64,000 nt of DNA, from positions 35,535 to 99,534 of IMG/VR virus record IMGVR_UViG_3300020151_001109, one strand, 5' to 3'. The translations under genes and the position numbers were made by a program. Source of the DNA: a virus. Lineage: Duplodnaviria > Caudoviricetes. The notes below the pieces were generated by a model. It made no database searches. It was given only the letters and a program-made list of their open reading frames with translations, and had not been told where the DNA came from. Shown here one piece after another: positions 57,235-64,000 of this stretch (position 1 is the stretch's first letter; each line of letters begins with the position of its first letter).

Positions 57235-57930
57235 GTGCCAATAGGAAAAGGCGGCTGGACAGTTGAAGCCGGATCAAACTCAGGTAATGTTCTTGGCGGT
57301 TTAGGCCGAATGGCGAGAAATTTAAGTCGCGCAAAGCAAAATATTGAGGTATTTAATTATCAACAAGATCGTAGAGACGAAAGCACCGTAAAACGTTACG
57401 CAGCTGAGACGGCAGCTAAAGCTATGGATCGTCAACTAGAATTTGATTTAGCAGGTAAACATATCATGAGTCACGGAAGTGATTTTGTAACCGACCCATC
57501 TACAGGTAAAAGAAAAAGAGTTACCCGTAAAAATGTTAGGGCAGGCAACTACACTACCGGAGAAGCTGATGGCGCCAAAACTTATGGCGAAACACTTATT
57601 GAAAACACTAAACTTAAACAACAAATTACTGCAGACAAGCTTGAAGCAGCAAGGCTTAGGGCAGAAGAGCGTAAAAACTCAGGTGGTAAGACAAAGAAAA
57701 CTGCAGCTAAGAAAACTTCTGCTGGTAAGCCTCGTGTAAAGAAAGTAACTGCAACTAAAGAAACAACCGCTGATATAGCTGTTGATTCTACAGGTGCCGC
57801 TACTCGCATAGGCAAAGATGGAAAGATGCCACCTAAAAGATCTGGAAACGTAAAAAAGATAACCACCGGTGGGGGACTAACAGAAGTTAGAAACTCTAAT
57901 GTTGAAACTGGAAACAGGGGTAAGAAATAA
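57235..57930 (+). CDS. Basic hypothetical protein
   Basis: K/T/A-rich C-terminus. Confidence 0.6.
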   Translation: MPIGKGGWTVEAGSNSGNVLGGLGRMARNLSRAKQNIEVFNYQQDRRDESTVKRYAAETAAKAMDRQLEFDLAGKHIMSHGSDFVTDPSTGKRKRVTRKNVRAGNYTTGEADGAKTYGETLIENTKLKQQITADKLEAARLRAEERKNSGGKTKKTAAKKTSAGKPRVKKVTATKETTADIAVDSTGAATRIGKDGKMPPKRSGNVKKITTGGGLTEVRNSNVETGNRGKK

Positions 57931-59666
57931 TGGCGCGTACCGGCAATAGAGTAATGAAGCAGAAGACCGAAAAAGCCAAGGTCTATAATCGTGAGTCCCG
58001 TAAAGCGCGTGAGATTGGTCTTTCTACCCCAGAAGATTATCGTAAGAGCGCAGTTAATATTACAGAGCGCCCTAAGAAAAAAGAACGTGAAGCGCAGGCT
58101 GAAGCAGATGCAGCAAGTCGTGCTAAAGCATCTGAAAGAATTAGACCTGACGCTGCTCCTGTAGCCCCCCTAAAAATAGAGGCTAAAGATAGGGAACTAT
58201 CTAGCAGTGCTGGGCATCAAGATGTCGCCCCAGTTGTAAAAAAGAAAGCAATCCGTAGGATAGCAGAGCGCTCATTAGGTGTCGGACTTTCTCGAGTTAG
58301 TAAGTCTGGAGATATACGCCAGCTTGTAGGGGAAGAAAAACAAATAGCATTAAATGACCTAACTATAAATGATAAGCAGCTAGTTAAAGAAGCCGGTAAG
58401 CGTGCTCAGGTTAAAGAAGAAAAAGAGACTCAAGCTCGCGCTGACGTACCTAAGTCAGTAAAAGAACGCCGTACAGCTAAGCGTACAGCACAGGCTAAAG
58501 AAAAGATTGCTGCTGCTAAAGCTGCTCCAGTAGTCCCAGTTCCAGAATCAGAAGCTCCTTCAATGACTGTTCCAAAGGGAAAACTTATTCCTGGAGATAA
58601 TAGCTCAGCCGGTATCTTAAATCCAGGCGCTATTGCTCGAACAGCAGGAGATATTACAATTGGACGACGTAGACGAATTGAACGTAAGGCTCGCTACAAC
58701 GCTATGAAAGCTTTAGATCCTAAAGCATCTAGGGGGTACAAGGAAGCTGCAAAGGGTGGGGAAAGAACTTCTACCGTACTTAATGCAAGAAATGAGGAAA
58801 CTAGCAAAAAAACTGATACCCTTGCTAGAAGAAAAGCTGCTCGTTTTGATGCTAACAAAGATGCATTAAAGGGTAGCATGCTTAAGCGTGCTGAAAAAAT
58901 TGAGGATCCAAAAGAAAAATCAACTGTTATTGATAAGGCCGAATCTATTATTCGTGAGCCTAAGAAAGCAGATAAGAAGCTCAAGAGTGGTACTGTTGTT
59001 CGTGGAGAACGCCCAGGCCCAACTGTTTCGGTAACAAGAGCAGATGAGCGCGATTTAACTAAGTCTTACACACGAGACGTTCCTAAGGGAGCCCCTCGTC
59101 TGGGTGAACAAGTTTCTGCCATGGACTACCCAATTAAGATGACGCGTGCTGGAGAAATCTCAGCACAGGCTGATCGTCCTAAAGAGACTCCACATGGAGT
59201 TATGTACTCTCATGAAGACAGACTGCATGCATTGACTAAACTTATACGAGTACCTGTTGAAGGTAATCCAGTTAGACCTAAGGACCCTAAAAAACCGTAT
59301 GGACCCCAAGTAGGCGGTATTGATTTAGAACCACACCACCTTAGAAGCTTCTTAAAGACTACAGCACAAGAGCGCGGTGTTCGATACAATGAAAGAGACG
59401 TTGTAGCTTCTGTATTTGAGTCCATACAAAAGAATCCAAAAATGTTTGTTACAGAGATTAGTAAAAAGGCTAATCTTCATAGAACAAAGAGAATAGGTCA
59501 AGTTACGGAACAACGCGAGCGCGGTGCTGCAAAGGCTAAGGAAGCTAGAGCTTTGGCTAGCGAAGGTCGTGGAGGAAAGCGACGTCCAGCTAGAGCCCTA
59601 CGAGTTATGTCTAATGTCGCTAATAAGTTTACAGAAGTAAACAGCGATGGCAGCCAGAAGTCGTAA
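57930..59666 (+). CDS. Large Lys/Arg-rich hypothetical protein
   Basis: 578-aa ORF; TAATG coupling. Confidence 0.65.
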   Translation: MARTGNRVMKQKTEKAKVYNRESRKAREIGLSTPEDYRKSAVNITERPKKKEREAQAEADAASRAKASERIRPDAAPVAPLKIEAKDRELSSSAGHQDVAPVVKKKAIRRIAERSLGVGLSRVSKSGDIRQLVGEEKQIALNDLTINDKQLVKEAGKRAQVKEEKETQARADVPKSVKERRTAKRTAQAKEKIAAAKAAPVVPVPESEAPSMTVPKGKLIPGDNSSAGILNPGAIARTAGDITIGRRRRIERKARYNAMKALDPKASRGYKEAAKGGERTSTVLNARNEETSKKTDTLARRKAARFDANKDALKGSMLKRAEKIEDPKEKSTVIDKAESIIREPKKADKKLKSGTVVRGERPGPTVSVTRADERDLTKSYTRDVPKGAPRLGEQVSAMDYPIKMTRAGEISAQADRPKETPHGVMYSHEDRLHALTKLIRVPVEGNPVRPKDPKKPYGPQVGGIDLEPHHLRSFLKTTAQERGVRYNERDVVASVFESIQKNPKMFVTEISKKANLHRTKRIGQVTEQRERGAAKAKEARALASEGRGGKRRPARALRVMSNVANKFTEVNSDGSQKS

Positions 59667-59934
59667 AAAACGTCCACCAGTTAGTGATCTAGCTAAAAAG
59701 ACCACCAATCTTGGTGACGTTAAATGGAATAAGGCTGACCAGACTCATTCCTGGACTTGTGACAACTGCGGTGAGACATTAAAGGCTGCTCCTGACAAAT
59801 ACAATAAACGTCTATCTTTAAGTCAATTCTCTATGGAGAATAACACAAAGGTTATTTGGGGCAAGGCAATGGACCACGTTCGACGTAACTGTGCTCCAGA
59901 ACCTAAACCGGCATACCGGAAGGATCTAGACTAG
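59647..59934 (+). CDS. Zinc-finger-like hypothetical protein
   Basis: CDNC...HVRRNC. Confidence 0.55.
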   Translation: MAARSRKKRPPVSDLAKKTTNLGDVKWNKADQTHSWTCDNCGETLKAAPDKYNKRLSLSQFSMENNTKVIWGKAMDHVRRNCAPEPKPAYRKDLD

Positions 59935-60557
59935 TGACGACTGAAGGACGTAAAGATGCCTTTAAAAACTCTTTATCTGGCATACACGTAACCGCTGCAG
60001 TAGAGCCCGGGTATTTTGATAAATACGACGATCCCATTAAAAAACTTGGGCAGCTTCAAATCCATGCTAGAAATATTACAACAGACCTTCTTTCTAGATC
60101 TGGGGCATCTCCTGAGCAGTTAAAAGGAGTAAACTCTGTAGTACTTCATTCAAAAGATGCTTTACGTCCTGGAACTAAAGGTGCTTACGTTAAAAATGAT
60201 TCTTCTATCCACGTAAACATTGCCAGTCCAAAAGCATCGTCTGCAATTACTCATGAGCTTGGGCACCATGTAAATGAACACTCAACCCCAGAGGAGCTCC
60301 AAAGCAAGGGGCAAAGAAAAAAAGCCATATTAACTAACGTTGGCGGCTCTGAGGCAGAAGCAGACCATTTTTCAAGCCCAAACGGCGCAGCTAAAAACCT
60401 GTACTCCCATGCCGTAACCCACCATTTAACAGGTTCCTGTAAAAAATCCCACGGGGACTATTCTCATAGAATGCTTAAAGCAATAGGTAAAGGATATTCA
60501 GATAGAATGAAGACCATAAACCCAGGAATTCATAAACAATTGACCGGAGGTAAATAA
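59934..60557 (+). CDS. HExxH zincin-like metallopeptidase
   Basis: GAY....IHVN.......ITHELGHH ... SEAEAD. Confidence 0.65.
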   Translation: MTTEGRKDAFKNSLSGIHVTAAVEPGYFDKYDDPIKKLGQLQIHARNITTDLLSRSGASPEQLKGVNSVVLHSKDALRPGTKGAYVKNDSSIHVNIASPKASSAITHELGHHVNEHSTPEELQSKGQRKKAILTNVGGSEAEADHFSSPNGAAKNLYSHAVTHHLTGSCKKSHGDYSHRMLKAIGKGYSDRMKTINPGIHKQLTGGK

Positions 60558-60835
60558 TGCCTACAACTAAAAAGAAATCCGCAGCTTGGACTCGCAAAGA
60601 GGGCCAAAATGCTAATGGCGGATTAAATGCTAAAGGTCGAGCATCCTATAAGCGTGAAACTGGCGGAACATTAAAACCTCCTGTAAAAAAAGAAGAAGCA
60701 GCTAAATCTAAGAAATCTGCTGCTCGTCGTAAATCTTACTGTGCCAGATCTGCTGGGCAAGCTAAGATGTTTCCTAAAGCAGCTAAAGATCCTAATAGTC
60801 GCTTAAATAAAGCACGCAGAGCTTGGGATTGCTAA
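60557..60835 (+). CDS. Conserved basic phage protein (DUF6321-like)
   Basis: AWTRKEG.N..GGLN.KGR.SY ... RRKSYCAR ... DPNSRLNKARRAWDC. Confidence 0.65.
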   Translation: MPTTKKKSAAWTRKEGQNANGGLNAKGRASYKRETGGTLKPPVKKEEAAKSKKSAARRKSYCARSAGQAKMFPKAAKDPNSRLNKARRAWDC

Positions 60836-61236
60836 TGCCTTTTGAATATCGAGTTAAAAAGTTACTTAACGTAGTTGATGGAGATACTATTGACGTTGAG
60901 ATTGACTTAGGTTTTAGTATATTTTATACCTCCCGAGTTCGCCTTGCCGGAATAGACACCCCAGAATCTCGTACAAAAGACCTTGAAGAAAAAAAACTAG
61001 GACTTGAGGTTAAAGAGTATTTAAAACATCGGATTGAAAACGCAAAAAACCTCATCATTCAAACAGAAAAACCAGATAGCTCTGAAAAGTATGGGCGTAT
61101 CCTCGGAACCTTGTTCTCAGAAGGGGTAAGCCTAAACCAAGAACTTGTTGATAAAGGATATGCTTGGGGTTACGATGGCGGCACTAAAGTAAAAGATTTT
61201 GAAAGTTTAAAGACTAAAAGAGGGCTGGTTATTTAA
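60835..61236 (+). CDS. Thermonuclease (SNase-like)
   Basis: VVDGDTIDV.IDLGF, RVRLAGIDTPESRT, KYGRILG. Confidence 0.9.
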   Translation: MPFEYRVKKLLNVVDGDTIDVEIDLGFSIFYTSRVRLAGIDTPESRTKDLEEKKLGLEVKEYLKHRIENAKNLIIQTEKPDSSEKYGRILGTLFSEGVSLNQELVDKGYAWGYDGGTKVKDFESLKTKRGLVI

Positions 61237-62139
61237 TGCCTAAAATTAAAGTCGGCGGTGCTGACCACGTAGTCAAGAAAAATAAAAAAGGTGAGATAAT
61301 TGTGGATCATGCTGCCAGCGCTAAAGCCGGCAAGTACGATAAGATCAATCTTACTAAGAAAGCTGGGGCTAAGACAGTCAAGGAAGGCGTAAAAGCCACC
61401 AAAGACTGGCATAAGAAGAATCCCCACAAGAAAGGCAAATAATGGCTACCAAGAAGAAAGCTTTCTGGGACAAGAAAGATCCGAAACCAGAATCTACAAG
61501 TAAACTAACCAAATCGCAGAAAGCGTCTGCAAAGGCAAAAGCTAAGGCCGCTGGTCGTCCTTACCCAAACCTTGTAGATAATGCTGCTGCTTCGAGAAAG
61601 AAGAAGAAATAATATGTGTAAAAAATGTGGGAAGCCAGGATGTAAGGGTACTTGCAAGAAGACTGTAAAGAAGACTGCAAAGAAGATGTCTCCAAAGCAG
61701 AAGAAGCTTGATGTAGATAAAGACGGCAAGCTAGAAAGATCTGACTTCGCTGCTCTACGAAAGAAGAAGAAGTAATGTGCGCTACCTGTGGCTGTGGTAA
61801 GCCAAAAGATAAGCATGGCATGAAGACAATACAAGCTGCAAACAAGAAGTTTGCTAAAAAAGCGTCTACAAAGGCTCCGGCTAAGAAGACCACTATGAAC
61901 AGAAAAAAGGGCATGTAATGGCTGCTATGGGATTTATGTCAGGAAAGTACACCGAGTCTAAAGACAAGAAGAAAGACGCTGCAATGCTTAAGAAGGCGGC
62001 TTTTGGTAAAGAAGACAAGAAGGCCTTTGAAAAGGCTGACAAGGCTCATGGCAAGAAGAAGAAGCCTAAGACTATGGCTGAAGATAAGAAGAAAGACGCC
62101 AAGATCATTAAGAAGATTAAGAAGGATAAAAAGAAGTAA
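61236..62139 (+). CDS. Run of five coupled Lys-rich microproteins (61236-61442, 61442-61612, 61614-61775, 61775-61918, 61918-62139)
   Basis: TAATG overlaps; motifs GRPYPNLVDN, CKKCGKPGC + LDVDKDGK, CATCGC. Confidence 0.6.
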
Positions 62140-62432
62140 TGTCTGAAGTTAAGAAGTTTGGTCCGTATAAGGGGTCCGCTGCTAATGGCGGACGCCCTAT
62201 ATACGTCTACAAGAAAAAGGTAGGCGGTAAGTGGGTCACGACTTCTAAGAACAAAGCTAGAGCTGACTACGAGGCAAAAAACGGTAAACTTAAGTCTAAG
62301 GACACTACGGTGGACCATAAAGACAATAACCACAATAATGACTCTAAGGGCAACCTAAGGGCCATCTCTCGTAGTAAGAACACAGCCAAAGAGAACAAGC
62401 GCCGAGCCGGCAAGAAAGAGAACGAGAAATGA
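62139..62432 (+). CDS. Minimal HNH endonuclease
   Basis: VDHKDNNHNNDSKGNLRAISRSKN. Confidence 0.75.
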   Translation: MSEVKKFGPYKGSAANGGRPIYVYKKKVGGKWVTTSKNKARADYEAKNGKLKSKDTTVDHKDNNHNNDSKGNLRAISRSKNTAKENKRRAGKKENEK

Positions 62433-62686
62433 AAACCAACCCACCGTCAAACGTAAGAAACCGCAAGCTTGAAGCCCAGGAGGCTGATGAGTACGGTTTT
62501 CCTGCTAATGGTGATTGGAGTGCTCTTGAGGCCCAGGCACAGCAAGATATGGCTAAGAACAAAGAAGACATTGATAAAGGCCGTACTGGTGGGGGCGACC
62601 ACCTAACTCGCGCTTGGGACAACCCTGGTCCGGAAACACCTAGTTCCTCTGACCTATATCCGACTGGCAAGAAGTCACGTCGCTAG
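62429..62686 (+). CDS. Hypothetical protein
   Basis: ATGA coupling. Confidence 0.55.
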   Translation: MKTNPPSNVRNRKLEAQEADEYGFPANGDWSALEAQAQQDMAKNKEDIDKGRTGGGDHLTRAWDNPGPETPSSSDLYPTGKKSRR

Positions 62687-62775
62687 TTAAGCAGTACGTA
62701 TTTTAAAAAAATCGGGATACTAAGACCTACGCCCCGATCAGGCGAAATTACACCTCTCTAGAGAAAAAGGACATA

Positions 62776-63864
62776 ATGTCAAGTTATAGCTCACCCGCGG
62801 CTGTTGGTTCCGCCAACGCCACCGGAGCAGAATCCATTGAAATTGGAAACACTGCCGCAACAACTAACAATAACGGCAATCTTACTGACTCAGCAGGAAA
62901 CCTACAGACAGATTTCGTCTGGGGTAACTTCCCCGCTCAACCTAATGACGAGCGTGCTGATGGAACACCAACAGCTACAGAAACATACGGAGCCTCACAA
63001 AATGGGCAATGGACATCTAAGTCAACTATCGCATCTGCTCGCCTAAACGCATCACTTGGAAATCACTCAGATATTGAAGCTGAGTGGGCAAACTTCCCTT
63101 CATATGTAGAAGCAGCAGGTAACTATATGGTTACAGCAGCTTCAGGTAACGGAACAACAGTTACTTACACATCACAAAATAATCTTTCAGCTGGCGACGT
63201 TGTAAACATCACAGGTCTTACAGCTTCAGCTTACAACCTTTCATCAGCAACTGTTGCTACAGCCAATAAGCTCAAGTTCACAGTAACTAATGCAGCAAGC
63301 GCTGGAGAAATTACAGGACAGTGGTATGGCAAGGTACAGCTAGCAACTGCTGCATCAGCAGCTGATGGCGCAGGAATTGGTTACATCAACGTACCTAACG
63401 TTGTTGGTAACACTACAGCAGTAGCCCTTGACACACTTAAGGATGCTGGTTACGAAGCAGCTAATATCACTACAGCTACAGCAGCTACAAACTTGCGTAC
63501 AGATATTACTCGTTTCAACGCAACAAGTACAACAGCAGCAACAATTTACGCAACTAGCGCAAATACCAACTACCCAGTTGGTACATATGTCACAGTTGTT
63601 GCAGGAACACCAGCTGCCTCATCTCCAGTCAACCCTCCAGCTTACGCAGTTGGTACCTTTAGAGTTACCGCAGTTGCAGCTGGAGCAATTACAGTTTCTG
63701 GTACAGGATTTACAGTTGCAGATACCACTGGTATCAACTCAACTCTAAACCTTGCTGGTCTTGCTGGAACACTCAAGTCTCAATCAGTTGCAGCTGGAAC
63801 AGCTTCAGTTGCCTCAACAGCTACAATCACAATTACACCTTACGCAGCAGCAACAACTTCATAA
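62776..63864 (+). CDS. Ala/Thr-rich structural protein with beta-barrel repeats and a PASTA-like segment
   Basis: DFVWGNFP.QPND.R; NVPNVVG.TTAVALDTLKDAG; strongly biased codons; own terminator. Confidence 0.6.
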   Translation: MSSYSSPAAVGSANATGAESIEIGNTAATTNNNGNLTDSAGNLQTDFVWGNFPAQPNDERADGTPTATETYGASQNGQWTSKSTIASARLNASLGNHSDIEAEWANFPSYVEAAGNYMVTAASGNGTTVTYTSQNNLSAGDVVNITGLTASAYNLSSATVATANKLKFTVTNAASAGEITGQWYGKVQLATAASAADGAGIGYINVPNVVGNTTAVALDTLKDAGYEAANITTATAATNLRTDITRFNATSTTAATIYATSANTNYPVGTYVTVVAGTPAASSPVNPPAYAVGTFRVTAVAAGAITVSGTGFTVADTTGINSTLNLAGLAGTLKSQSVAAGTASVASTATITITPYAAATTS

Positions 63865-63880
63865 TCCTCTCAACACAAAC

Positions 63881-63914
63881 AAAAACCCCCCGGCTAATAA
63901 CCGGGGGGTTTTTT
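63881..63914 (+). terminator. Intrinsic terminator
   Basis: AAAAACCCCCCGG / CCGGGGGGTTTTTT. Confidence 0.85.
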
Positions 63915-64000
63915 ATATTAAATTTTATATTTTAGGGAATTTTTCAAAAAACTCCGCGTATCGTGAACCGTTGTCTTTTCCAGGATATATCTTCCAAGAA

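Noticed and set aside
1-64000. Alternative genetic code, introns/inteins, integrase or reverse transcriptase
   Set aside because: Core genes (polA, dnaB, recA, nrdJ) are intact at normal length in the standard code; no such motifs seen

Overview
A 64-kb segment of a large lytic tailed phage with a contractile-tail (myovirus-type) baseplate. The host is most likely an actinobacterium, judging from three WhiB genes, FmdB-like and other actinobacterial small Zn proteins, and leaderless extended -10 promoters. Layout: (1) 1-7 kb, baseplate and tail genes. (2) 7.4-26 kb, rightward replication/recombination block: initiator, DnaC-like loader, DnaB, primase, dNMP kinase, SNF2 helicase, SSB, PolA, RecA, two resolvases, Cas4-like exonuclease, SpoVS, phosphoesterase. 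(3) 26-30.5 kb, lysis/envelope block: CHAP endolysin, membrane proteins, PA14 surface protein, holin-like genes. (4) 30.5-41.7 kb, basic unknown proteins, a nucleotidyltransferase/HAD/TGT-like trio and a class II RNR. (5) 41.8-55.7 kb, a leftward, probably early region with DenV-like glycosylase, AAA+/vWA pair, WhiB, one tRNA-CAU and much non-coding DNA. (6) 56-64 kb, rightward proteasome-beta-like protease, many Lys-rich small proteins, thermonuclease, HNH and a PASTA-containing structural protein. The least explained signals are all in the leftward region. The first is a family of long stem-closed non-coding cassettes at about 51.9-55.1 kb with shared AGATACA or AGAYA/TRCCT arms around unrelated, internally folded inserts. 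The second is an asymmetric 11-12-mer, (C/T)CAACACAAACA, repeated every 0.6-2 kb in different reading frames and next to terminators. The third is a 43-nt tRNA minihelix-like element. All family calls come from motif recognition by eye; no searches were run.
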